NCBI GenBank assembly: GCA_963750935.1
Contig: CAVVSR010000014.1
Location: 834,847 to 898,846, forward strand
Reading direction: 5' to 3'
From: an uncultured Acidobacteriota bacterium
Lineage (GTDB): Bacteria > Acidobacteriota > Vicinamibacteria > Vicinamibacterales > 2-12-FULL-66-21
Length of the DNA stretch: 64,000 nt
The position numbers and the translations under genes were made by a program. The notes beneath the pieces are model-generated. The model was not told where the DNA came from. It made no database searches and saw nothing but the letters and a program-made list of their open reading frames with translations. Position 1 is the first letter of the stretch. Every line of letters starts with the position of its first letter. Positions 34,680 through 44,002 of the stretch are shown here, in pieces.

Positions 34680-35303
34680 ATGACCGTTCGCGCTGCACGC
34701 GCAGAAGCCATCACGCTGCTCGGGACGCTGGCGGCACGCCGCAACCTGGATCGACCGATTCAGATCGCCGGCGTGCTCTTCATTACCGCGCTGACCGCAG
34801 CCGCGGCGCAAATCAGCATCCCGCTGCCATTCACCCCTGTTCCCTTCACGTTGCAGCCGATGGTGGTGCTGCTCGGCGGGGCAGCGCTGGGCTCCCGGCT
34901 CGGCATGGCGAGCCAGGTGCTCTACCTGATGCTCGGCATTGCCGGTCTGCCGGTGTTTGCCGCCTCGCCCGTCCTGCCGCAGGGGGTGTTCCGTCTGCTG
35001 GGCCCGACCGGCGGCTACCTGTTGAGTTATCCGTTCGCCGCGTTCGTCACCGGCTTGCTGGCCGAGCGCGGTTTCGATCGCCGCTACCTGACGTCGGTGA
35101 TCGCGATGGCCGCCGGCCTCGCGATTGTGTTCGCCAGCGGCGTCGCGTGGCTCGCCTGGTTCGCCCGGCCGACCCATCTCGGCCTGAACGCCGCGCTTGC
35201 CACCGGGCTGTATCCGTTCGTGCCGGCCGACCTCTTCAAGATCTGCCTCGCCGCCGCGGTGATGCCGGCTGTCTGGCGAATCGTCGGCAGCCCGCGCCGC
35301 TGA
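34680..35303 (+). CDS. bioY: biotin transporter BioY
   Basis: ATG 34680 avoids overlap with the thiD start. PLPFTPVPFTLQPMVVLLGGAALG and GYLLSYPFAAFVTG are typical of BioY. Confidence 0.85.
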   Translation: MTVRAARAEAITLLGTLAARRNLDRPIQIAGVLFITALTAAAAQISIPLPFTPVPFTLQPMVVLLGGAALGSRLGMASQVLYLMLGIAGLPVFAASPVLPQGVFRLLGPTGGYLLSYPFAAFVTGLLAERGFDRRYLTSVIAMAAGLAIVFASGVAWLAWFARPTHLGLNAALATGLYPFVPADLFKICLAAAVMPAVWRIVGSPRR

Positions 35304-35318
35304 CCGCGCCGGGGTTCG

Positions 35319-37264
35319 CTACTTCACATACCCGAGGCTCCGCAGCCGATCGATCATCTCCTGATCGAGCGGCTGGCCGCTGCGGCGCGCCTGCCCCGCG
35401 GACGGCGCCCCATACGTCGTCACGTCGCGTACCGGATAGCGGCGCGCGAACTCCACCGAGAACAATTCGACCAGCGGACGTCCTGACAGCTCGCGGCTGA
35501 TCGGCACGCCGAGCGCGTGCAGCACCGTGGGCATGATGTCCGTGGGCCGGGCCACGGCGTCCCTCGCGAGCGGATTGGCCGCGCTGCCCTGGATCGCGAA
35601 GAGACCGGCGGTGCCGCTCTCGACGCGCCCGGGCGACGTCAACACGACGACCGTATCGGCGCCGCCGGGGGTCAGCACCGGCGCGAGCAATCTGTCGAGG
35701 AAGACGTAGTACGCGTCGAGCGCCTCGAGCCGCGCCGCCATCGCCGACGGCGCCGTCGCGGCGCCGTCGCCGCCCGACATCAGCCCGTGCTGCGCGAGGT
35801 CGAGCCCGGGGAGATACGTGCACACCAGATCGGTCTCGCGCGTCCGTGACGTGTCGAGCGAGCTCGAGCTGAAGGGTATCGAGCTCCGCGGAGCGGTGGA
35901 GCAACGAGTGCTGCTCTGACGCCGTCACGGTCTTGGCTGTTTCCGCGGCGCGCTGACGCAGCTCGGGCCAGCGGGCGCGCAAGGCCTCATACAGCGCCGG
36001 CGGCGCGATCTCGGCGTCCAGCTCGCCGCCGCGCTCGAGCCGAAGCGTGGCACGGTCGCGTGATGACCGTACCGCTGTCGGCCGGAGCCGGCCACGTCGC
36101 CCACCAGTTGACGACCGCCGTCCGCAGGCCCGCGCCCGACGCGACTTCCCAGAGCGACTTGACGCGCCGCTGGTCGCGGCTTGCGATCGAGGGCCGCGTC
36201 AGGCGGACGAGATCGGTCGCGGCGCCGAGCGCACGTGCCAGCGGCGACGGTTCGCCGGCGGCGAGCGATCCGTCCAGGCCGAGGACACGCCGGGTTTCGA
36301 GGCCGCGCACCGCGTGCTTGTCCGCGGTCTGACCGGTGGCGATCGTGGTCCAGGCCCGCGCGGGATCGCGCGTGTCGTCAATCTGCACGGTGGCGCGGGC
36401 GACGATCCGGCCGGATGGCGGTGGTGGCGTGTGCGGGAGATCCAGCGCCGCCGCGAGCGCCGGGATCCGCCCCGCCTCGGCGAGGCGCGTCGCGATGCCG
36501 GGGTCGAAGCCGTCGATCGCGAACAGGCGGATGCGAAGACCGCTCGGCACGACCGTCAGCGCCGGGACGGCGGCCGCACCTCGATCGGCGCGCGAGGACA
36601 GCGTGAACAGCAGCACCGCCCCCGCAAAAGTGAGCAGCGTGGCCGCGATCAGCGCCCGCCGCGACGCCCCGGGCACACCGCGCGTCGCGACATCGCTCGC
36701 GCCGCGGGCCACGCTCACCGCCAGCGACGCCACGGTGACGAGGTGTCCGATCAGCAGGCTGACGGCGGCGACGAACGCGAGGGCCAGCGCCGTCCACAGC
36801 AGTCCGCCCGCACCGGGCGCGGCGCTCAGCGTCGAGGCGTCCCACCACAGCGTGAGATACGCCAGGCTCGCGCCCGTGATCGCGACGCCTGCCGCGATCG
36901 CGAACGCCCGGCTGCGTCGCGGGTTCCGGCCGGCCATCGACGACACCAGCAGCGTGGCGAGCAGCGACGCCGCGAACACACCCGCGGCAAACAGGGCGCC
37001 GACGTAGACGGCGACGACGAAGCCGTCACGCGGACCGGTGATGAGTCCGGGCATGCGGGTGGCGATGCCGATTGCGGCAGCCGGGCCCATCAGCAGCGCG
37101 GCCACGATGCCGATGCGCAGGCTGGCGAGCGCGGCAATCGCCAGCGGCCGCCGCGTCTCGCGGGCCGAGCCGAGCACGAATCGATCGACGCCGGCATCGA
37201 GATAGCCGAGCGAACGCAGCCGCTGCCGCAGTTCGTCGACGCGGGGATCCCGCTCCGTGCTCAT
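35319..37264 (-). pseudogene. membrane-anchored alkaline-phosphatase-superfamily (nucleotide pyrophosphatase/phosphodiesterase-like) protein, two 1-nt frame breaks (about 36058 and about 35841)
   Basis: MSTERDPRV..., a multi-TM N-terminus and LFAIDGFDP...VVNWWATWPA...SGTVIT are in one frame. DRATLRLERGGELD...RARWPELRQ...HVTD is in a second frame. RETDLVCTYLPGLDLAQHG...MPTVLHALGVP...SLGYVK is in a third. Confidence 0.75.
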
Positions 37265-37266
37265 CC

Positions 37267-38148
37267 CTACATCATCCTGCCGGCGACGAACTCCGACAGC
37301 TCGCGCAGCCGATCGGCGCGCCGCCCGAAGGGAGCGAGCGCGCGATCCGCGGTGTGACAGAGCTCGCCGGCGAGCTGCCGCGCCCCCGCCACCCCGCTGA
37401 ACGACACGAACGTCGTCTTCTTGAGATCCTCCCGCACCGGCTTGCCGGTGATCAGGGGATCGCCTTCGACGTCGAGCAGGTCGTCGATGATCTGGAACGC
37501 GAGCCCGAGGTTCTTCGCGAACGCCTGCAGCAGCGCGATCGAGTCGGCCGGGCCGTCGACGGCGATGGCGCCTGCCGTTGCCGCGGCGCTGAACAGCGCG
37601 CCGGTCTTGCCGCGATGGATGCGCTCCAGCATCTCGAACGTAATCTGCTGATCCGTGGCCAGCAGGTCGGCTGCCTGCCCGCCGATCAGCCCCTGCGATC
37701 CGACCGCGTCGGCGACGAGCGCGGTCAGCTTCGACGCGGCCGCCGGCTCGTACGAGCGCGCGATGACGCTGAAGGCGCCGTCGAGCAGGCCGAACGCGGC
37801 GAGGATCGCGATCGCTTCGCCGAACTCGACGTGGTTCGCCGGCTTCCCGCGCCGCAGCGGCGCGTTGTCCATCGACGGCAGGTCGTCGAGGATCAGCGAG
37901 GAGGCGTGGATCATCTCGATGGCGCAGGCGGCGGGAAGCGCCTTCGCGCGGTCGCCGCCGCACAGCTCCGCGGCCAGCATCGCGAGGACCGCGCGCACGC
38001 GCTTCGACGGCGCGTGAAGCGTGTAGCCCATCGATGCCTCGACGGCCTCGACGGCCTCGACGCGATCGCGACTGTCCGGAACCAGGCGGCGCAACTCCGC
38101 TTCGACGCGGACGTGATAGTCCGCGAAGAACGGCGGCACCGGCGTCAT
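37267..38148 (-). CDS. polyprenyl diphosphate synthase (FPP/GGPP synthase family)
   Basis: ATG 38148 forms an ATGA overlap with the upstream gene's stop. First and second Asp-rich motifs are present (LILDDLPSMDN, FQIIDDLLD). Confidence 0.85.
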   Translation of the reverse strand: MTPVPPFFADYHVRVEAELRRLVPDSRDRVEAVEAVEASMGYTLHAPSKRVRAVLAMLAAELCGGDRAKALPAACAIEMIHASSLILDDLPSMDNAPLRRGKPANHVEFGEAIAILAAFGLLDGAFSVIARSYEPAAASKLTALVADAVGSQGLIGGQAADLLATDQQITFEMLERIHRGKTGALFSAAATAGAIAVDGPADSIALLQAFAKNLGLAFQIIDDLLDVEGDPLITGKPVREDLKKTTFVSFSGVAGARQLAGELCHTADRALAPFGRRADRLRELSEFVAGRMM

Positions 38149-38819
38149 TTCCGGGCGAAGACCAGCATGTATTGATACGGCGGGATCGTTTCGGTCGACA
38201 GGAGCCGGAGGCCCGCGGCCTCGGCATCGCGAATCACGCGTTCGGGTTCCACGCGCTCTTCCATCGACGGGCCTGGCCCCAGTCCCTTCTTGGTGAATTC
38301 GACGATGCCGAGGCGTCCGGTTGGCTTCATCGCGGCCGCGACGTTCCGCAGCATGACCACGGGCTGACGCCACTCGTGGAAGGAGTCGACGATCAGGACG
38401 GCGTCCACCGGCACGCGCAGGCGGGGATCGGAGTCGGTGCCGAGAATGGGCACGACATGCTTCAGCGCCGCCTTTTCGACCCGGCGCTTGATCGCCTCGA
38501 TCATCTCGGGCTGCACGTCCTCGGCATAGACGCGACCGTTCGGCCCGACGCGAGTCGCCAGTCGGACGGTGAACCAGCCGGCGCCGGCGCCGAGGTCAGC
38601 GACGCTGCTTCCCTCGGCGATCTGCAGCGCGTCCATTATCTGTTCGGGACGCTGCCAGGCGGCTCGATCCGGCCCTTCGAGCATCCCGAGCTGGTCGGGA
38701 GGAAACAGACGCCCGTGCTGAGCCGTCATCGGCAGCACGGCGGCCGCGATCAGCGCCAGCACGGCGGCGAGGCGGCGGGGTCTTAGCGCTCTTCTTGGCA
38801 CGGCTCTCTTCATTCTCAC
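38145..38819 (-). CDS. secreted class I SAM-dependent methyltransferase
   Basis: 224-aa ORF. Signal-peptide-like N-terminus (RRLAAVLALIAAAVLPMTAQ) and the SAM motif VADLGAGAGWFTVRLA. The start is GTG 38819 or ATG 38813. Confidence 0.75.
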   Translation of the reverse strand: MRMKRAVPRRALRPRRLAAVLALIAAAVLPMTAQHGRLFPPDQLGMLEGPDRAAWQRPEQIMDALQIAEGSSVADLGAGAGWFTVRLATRVGPNGRVYAEDVQPEMIEAIKRRVEKAALKHVVPILGTDSDPRLRVPVDAVLIVDSFHEWRQPVVMLRNVAAAMKPTGRLGIVEFTKKGLGPGPSMEERVEPERVIRDAEAAGLRLLSTETIPPYQYMLVFARK

Positions 38820-40263
38820 CCGGGATGCCCGGTGACGTCATCGCCTTCGCCGACAGGATGCGATCGAGCCGGTCGGGCGGGACCAGCTTGCGCTGCCGCA
38901 CCAGCTCGCGGACCGGCGTGCCGGTTTTGACCGCCGTCTTCGCGATGTCGGCGGTCGCGGCGTAGCCGATGTACGGGCTGAGCGCGGTCGCCACCGCGGT
39001 GCTCCGATCGAGCAGCTCGGTGCACCGCTCGACGTCGGCCTGGATGCCGGCGACGCAGCGCGCCTGGAGGACGCGCATCGCCTGCCGCAGGATCCGCGTC
39101 GCGTGCAGGGCGTTCCAGGCGATCACCGGCATCATCACGTTGAGCTCGAGCTGGCCGGCGTCGGCGGCGGCATGGATCGCGGCGTCGCAGCCGACGACCT
39201 GGAAGCACACCTGGTTGACCATCTCGGGCACCGACGGGTTGACCTTGCCCGGCATGATCGACGACCCGGGCTGCACGGCGGGCAGCCGGATCTCGGCGAT
39301 GCCCGCGCGCGGCCCCATGCTGAGCAGCCGCAGGTCCGACGCCACCTTGCCGACCTCGGTGGCCAGCCGGCGGAGCGCGCCCGAGTAGCCGAGCAGGTCG
39401 CCCATGCTCTGGGTGACGCGAAACGGGTTCGCGGCCGGCCGCACGCGCAGGCCCGTCGCGGACGCGATCGCGCCGATCGCGCGCGCGGTGTAGAGCGGGC
39501 CGGCGTTCAGCCCGGTGCCGACGGCGGTGGCGCCGAGATTCAGCTCGAGGAGCTGCTCGGCGTTGCGCGCCACCTCGTCGATCGCATGCGTCACGTTGGC
39601 CGCGTATCCGCCGAACTCCTGGCCGAGCGTCATCGGCACCGCATCCTGCAGGTGCGTCCGGCCGGTCTTCAGGACGTCGGCGAACTCGCGGCTCTTCTCG
39701 TTGAGACCGGCGGCGAGCTCGCGCGCCGCGGCGATCAGGTCCGGCAGCATCTCCAGGACGGCCAGACGCGTCGCCGTCGGGAACACGTCGTTGGTCGACT
39801 GTCCCATGTTGACGTGATCGTTCGGATGGACCCGCGAATAGTCGCCGCGAGTGGCGCCCAGCCGTTCGGCGGCCCGGTTCGCCAGCACCTCGTTCGCGTT
39901 CATGTTGTGCGAGGTCCCGGCGCCGGCCTGGTAGACGTCGACCACGAACTGATCGCGCAGCTGGCCGCCAAGGATCTCGTCGGCCGAGGCGATGATCGCG
40001 GCGGCGATGTCGGGCTCGAGGCGGCCGAGGCTGGTGTTCGCGATCGCCGCCGCCTTCTTGATCTGGATCGTGGCGGTCACGAGCTCTGGCGGCGCGGTGA
40101 GGCCGCTGATCGGGAAGTTCTCGACGGCGCGCCGGGTCTGGGCGCCGTAGTAGGCGGTGGCGGGAACGCGGACGTCGCCGAGCGGGTCGGTTTCGATTCG
40201 CGTGGACGGTACCGCCGTCGCGCGTCGCGGCCGTCCTGCCCGACGCGGCGAGACGTGGGCCAT
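38596..40263 (-). CDS. aspA: aspartate ammonia-lyase / class II fumarase family lyase (3' end probably over-extended, see findings)
   Basis: ATG 40263. RIETDPLGDVRVPATAYYGAQT, the GSSIMPGKVNP signature, and MTSPGIPG near the usual C-terminus. The ORF then runs about 74 further codons out of frame across the next gene. Confidence 0.85.
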   Translation of the reverse strand: MAHVSPRRAGRPRRATAVPSTRIETDPLGDVRVPATAYYGAQTRRAVENFPISGLTAPPELVTATIQIKKAAAIANTSLGRLEPDIAAAIIASADEILGGQLRDQFVVDVYQAGAGTSHNMNANEVLANRAAERLGATRGDYSRVHPNDHVNMGQSTNDVFPTATRLAVLEMLPDLIAAARELAAGLNEKSREFADVLKTGRTHLQDAVPMTLGQEFGGYAANVTHAIDEVARNAEQLLELNLGATAVGTGLNAGPLYTARAIGAIASATGLRVRPAANPFRVTQSMGDLLGYSGALRRLATEVGKVASDLRLLSMGPRAGIAEIRLPAVQPGSSIMPGKVNPSVPEMVNQVCFQVVGCDAAIHAAADAGQLELNVMMPVIAWNALHATRILRQAMRVLQARCVAGIQADVERCTELLDRSTAVATALSPYIGYAATADIAKTAVKTGTPVRELVRQRKLVPPDRLDRILSAKAMTSPGIPGENEESRAKKSAKTPPPRRRAGADRGRRAADDGSARASVSSRPARDARRAGSSRLAASRTDNGRAADRRGKQRR

Positions 40264-40285
40264 TTGGCTCAATTATACTGCTCGA
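40264..40285. promoter_or_regulatory. 22-bp divergent intergenic region with overlapping -10-like boxes (both genes possibly leaderless)
   Basis: Plus strand: TATACT (40274-40279), 6 nt, then ATG 40286. Minus strand: TATAAT (complement of 40272-40277), 8 nt, then ATG 40263. There is no room for Shine-Dalgarno sites. Confidence 0.4.
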
Positions 40286-41815
40286 ATGTTGCCGTCCTTC
40301 GTTTCGAGCATGGTCGATCTCATCACCCGCACCTCGACCGATCTGCCTCCCGACGTGCGCGCCGCGATGCGGGTCGCGGTGGCCACGGAAGAGAAGTCGT
40401 CGCGGGCCGGGCAGGCGCTCAGCATCATCGCCCAGAACATCGATCAGGCCGCCTCGTGCGAAGGGCCGATCTGCCAGGACACCGGCATGCCGACGTTCGA
40501 AGTGCGGGTTCCGGTCGGCATCAACCAGATCTGGATGAAGCAGCAGATTCGCGAGGCGGTTGCCGAGGCGACCCGGCGCGGCAAGTTGCGGCCCAATTCC
40601 GTCGATTCGATCACCGGCGAGAACTCCGGCAACAACCTCGGCCCTGGTACCCCGATCGTGCATTTCGAGCAGTGGGAAGAGCCGCACATCGAAGTCAGAC
40701 TGATCCTGAAAGGCGGCGGCTGCGAGAACACCAACGCGCAGTACGCGCTGCCCGCCGAGCTCGATCACCTCGGCCGCGCCGACCGCTCGCTCGACGGCGT
40801 CCGCAAGTGCATCCTGCACGCGGTCTGGAAGGCGCAGGGCAAGGGGTGCAGCCCCGGCGCCGTCGGCGTCTGCATCGGCGGCGATCGCACCTCGGGCTAC
40901 CTCCACGCCAAGGAGCAGCTGTTCCGCACACTCGACGACAGCAACGGCGATCCGCGGCTGGCCGCGCTCGAACAGTCGGTGATGGACGAAGGGAACCGTC
41001 TTGCGGTGGGGCCGATGGGCTTCAGCGGCAAGACGTCGCTGATCGGGTGCAAGGTCGGTGCGCTCAACCGGCTGCCCGCCAGCTTCTTCGTGTCGGTCGC
41101 GTACGACTGCTGGGCGTTCCGCCGCCTCGGCGTCCATCTCGACGCCTCGTCTGGCGAGATCACGAAATGGCTCTATCGCGAGGACGCGCCGTCACAGCCG
41201 ATGTTGTCGCCCGAGGAGGTGGCCGCCGGCTTCCCGCGCACCGGCCGAGAGATTCCTCTCGAGGCGCCGATCTCGGACGAGCAGATTCGATCGCTCCGCG
41301 TCGGCGACGTGGTCCTGGTGTCCGGTCGCGTCTACACCGGACGCGACGCCGTCCACGCCCACCTGATGAAGCACGAGCCGCCGGTGGATCTGCGCGGCGG
41401 CGTGCTGTATCACTGCGGGCCGGTCGTGGCGAAGGAGGGAGACGGCTGGCGCATCAACGCCGCGGGGCCGACCACCAGCATCCGCGAAGAGCCGTACCAG
41501 GCCGACATCCTCGCTCGTTACGGCGTGCGCGTCGTGATCGGCAAGGGCGGGATGGGGGCGAAAACACTGGCCGGACTCCAGGCCTCCGGCGCCGTCTACC
41601 TCAACGCCATCGGCGGCGCGGCGCAGTTCTACGCCCGCTGCATCGAGCGCGTCGACGGCGTCTCGCTGACCGAGTTCGGCACCCCCGAGGCGATGTGGCA
41701 CCTCCAGGTCCGCGATTTCCCGGCCATCGTCACCATGGACGCGCACGGCAACAGCCTGCACAAGGACGTCGAAACGGAGTCGGGCAAGCTGCTGGCGACG
41801 CTCACGCTGCGATAA
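40286..41815 (+). CDS. class I (Fe-S) fumarate hydratase / tartrate dehydratase family, fused alpha-beta
   Basis: 509 aa from ATG 40286. GPICQDTGMPTF in the alpha region and SGRVYTGRDAVHAHL...LYHCGPV in the beta region. Confidence 0.9.
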   Translation: MLPSFVSSMVDLITRTSTDLPPDVRAAMRVAVATEEKSSRAGQALSIIAQNIDQAASCEGPICQDTGMPTFEVRVPVGINQIWMKQQIREAVAEATRRGKLRPNSVDSITGENSGNNLGPGTPIVHFEQWEEPHIEVRLILKGGGCENTNAQYALPAELDHLGRADRSLDGVRKCILHAVWKAQGKGCSPGAVGVCIGGDRTSGYLHAKEQLFRTLDDSNGDPRLAALEQSVMDEGNRLAVGPMGFSGKTSLIGCKVGALNRLPASFFVSVAYDCWAFRRLGVHLDASSGEITKWLYREDAPSQPMLSPEEVAAGFPRTGREIPLEAPISDEQIRSLRVGDVVLVSGRVYTGRDAVHAHLMKHEPPVDLRGGVLYHCGPVVAKEGDGWRINAAGPTTSIREEPYQADILARYGVRVVIGKGGMGAKTLAGLQASGAVYLNAIGGAAQFYARCIERVDGVSLTEFGTPEAMWHLQVRDFPAIVTMDAHGNSLHKDVETESGKLLATLTLR

Positions 41816-41964
41816 CTCCCAATTTCCCAACTCCCAACTCCCAACTCGGAATCGTTCGAGACATCTGGGTAGAAGTCGCGGCGATCGGGCAGTTCGGTGC
41901 GTATTGAGCCCAGATGTCTCGGATGACTCTGCTTGGAAGTTGGGAGTTGGAAGTTGGGAGTTGA
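41814..41964. repeat. 151-nt GGGAGTT-heptamer palindromic element that fills the convergent gap
   Basis: Left arm AACTCCC AATTTCCC AACTCCC AACTCCC AACTCGG. Right arm GGAAGT TGGGAGT TGGAAGT TGGGAGT TGAC. Inner perfect 13-bp inverted repeat CGAGACATCTGGG (41857-41869) / CCCAGATGTCTCG (41909-41921). Confidence 0.9.
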
Positions 41965-41966
41965 CG

Positions 41967-43638
41967 CTATCGATCCTTCAGAGCGTCCGCGAAGACCCGC
42001 TCGATGGCGGCGGCCGGATCGGCGGCGGTGACGTGCAGCCGGACCACGCGACGGTCGTGCGCCTCCAGCGTCTCGAAGTCGCCGAGCGCCTGCGCGCGCT
42101 TCAGCACCGCAAACGACGAGCCCGCCTCCGGGATCTCCGTCTCGCTGTCGTCGTCGGCCGTGATCACGAATGCCAGTGCCGTGTTCGGTCCGCCTTTGTG
42201 GTATTGCCCGGTCGAGTGCAGGTAGCGGGGCCCGACGCCAAAGGTGCTCGCGGCGCGCGACCGGCGTCTGATCGCGAGTCGCGCTTCGGCGATCGCGCGT
42301 TCGACCTCAGGTGTCGCTGGGAGATAGGAGAGGAACGCGACGTAGTCGCCCGGCTTCAGGGACGCGATCGCAGCGCGCACGACTGCGGCGGGACTCGACC
42401 CCGCGAAGTCACGGGTGAACACCGCGACACCGTCTGACGTGGCCAGCGGCGACCCCTCGTCGAAGCGCCTCTGCTTCGCGTGGACCGCGAGCAGCGTCCT
42501 GGTTTTCTCCTTCGCTTCCGACACGTTCGGCTCGTCGAACGGGTTGATGCCGAGCGCCGCGCCGGCGACCGCCGTCGCGAACTCCCACCGGAAGAACTCC
42601 GCGCCCAGGCCGTCGAGCCGGGTGCTCAGGCGCAGCACCGGGTACCCCGCCGCCGCGAGCTCCGCGAGCCGATCCTTGTCCGGGGCGTCCCGGTCAGACG
42701 CCAGCGCGACGAACGCGCGATCCTGGCCGTATTCGTCCGGCCGACCGAGCGGCTCGTCCACCACGGGCAGGGCCCCCTTGCCGTGCTTGCCGGTGCTCTC
42801 GGCCACCAGCTGCTCGATCCACAGACCCAGCGTCGCCAGCGAGGGGGGCAGGACGACCGTCAGCTTGTCGCGTCCCGCGAGCGTCGTGGCGGCGATGAAC
42901 GCCCCCAGCTCGAGGCCCGCGTTGGCGTGGTTCTCCTGATGACATCCCTCGGCCATCGCGGTGCCGGCATCGAGCAGCTGTCGCGGCGAGGCGCCGAGGA
43001 GGGCGGTCGGCACCAGCCCGAACAGCGACAACGCCGAGAAGCGGCCGCCGATGTCGGCCGGATTGACGAACGTCTCGCGGTAGCCGCGGCTTGCCGCCAG
43101 CTGTCTCGAGCGCAGTTCCCGGATCCGTGATGGCGATGAACTGCCGTCCGGCGCGATCGCCCAGCGCCGCGGCCACACGCGACCAGAAGAACCGTTCCAT
43201 CGACGCGACTTCGACCGTGCCTCCGCTCTTGCTGGCGACGATCACCCATGTGCGCTCGGGAACCATTCGCGCCGCGGCGTTGACGATGGTGCGCTCGTCG
43301 GTGGTGTCGAGGACGTAGAGCTCGGGATGCCCCTCAGCCACGCCGGAGACCGCGCGCAGGACCTCGGCGCAGAGGCTGCTGCCGCCCATGCCGAGCAGGT
43401 AAACAGCTTCGACCTGCTCCTCGCGCGCGGCGCGTCCGAGATCCGTCACCCGATCCAGATGCGGCGCCATCGTCTTGCCGACGTCGAGCCACCCGAGCCG
43501 GTTCGAGATCGATCGCGCGGCGTCCGAGTCGGGTGCGGCGTTCCACACGGAGATGTCGCGCTTCCAGATGCGCGACACCACATGGTCGTGGAGCAGGCGG
43601 TTGGCGAGCGCGGCGGCGGGTTCGTACGGAAGTGTCAT
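41967..43638 (-). pseudogene. pgi: glucose-6-phosphate isomerase, frame broken by a 1-nt indel near 43104
   Basis: The N-terminal part (MTLPYEPAAALANRLL...LLGMGGSSL...VASKSGGTVE...FIAITDPGTALE) is in one frame. QLAASRGYRETFVNPADIGGRFSALS...GPRYLHSTGQYHKGGP... is in the ORF 41967..43178 frame. Confidence 0.9.
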
Positions 43639-43939
43639 GGTCCTGCTCAGGAAAGCTGCCGGTTGATGACGAGGAGCCGTGGCTCGGCGTCGAACTCGGC
43701 GGGGCCGGCGAGCCAGGTCCGCGCCACGACTGAGCCGTCGAAGGGGTTGGTAATCTCGAGGGGACGGTCGGAGCGGCCGGGCTTGCCCGCGAGGTAGAAC
43801 GGAAACTCGCGCACCGATGAATCCTGACACAGCGGCCGCAGCGCGACAACGGGGACGTATGGCCCCGCTGCGACGTCTAATCCCTTGAAGACTAGTGACT
43901 TAACCGTTGTGCCAGGTGGGCGGCCCGCGGCGGTCGCGG

Positions 43940-43968
43940 TTGAACGCCGGGGCTGCAGCCGCTATAAT
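43940..43968 (+). promoter_or_regulatory. sigma70-type promoter upstream of erpA
   Basis: TTGAAC (43940-43945), a 17-nt spacer, then TATAAT (43963-43968). RBS AGGAGA lies at 43990-43995 and the ATG at 44003. Confidence 0.5.
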
Positions 43969-44002
43969 TCTGTAAGTCCTTGGAAGTTCAGGAGATTAGC
44001 TG

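Noticed and set aside
38145-38819. Whether the methyltransferase really starts downstream (for example at MTAQ or MLEG), which would avoid the 224-nt overlap with the aspA-like ORF.
   Set aside because: The region from 38819/38813 encodes a well-formed signal peptide in frame (basic n-region, hydrophobic core LAAVLALIAAAVLP). The overlap is therefore better explained by a lost stop codon in the upstream gene.
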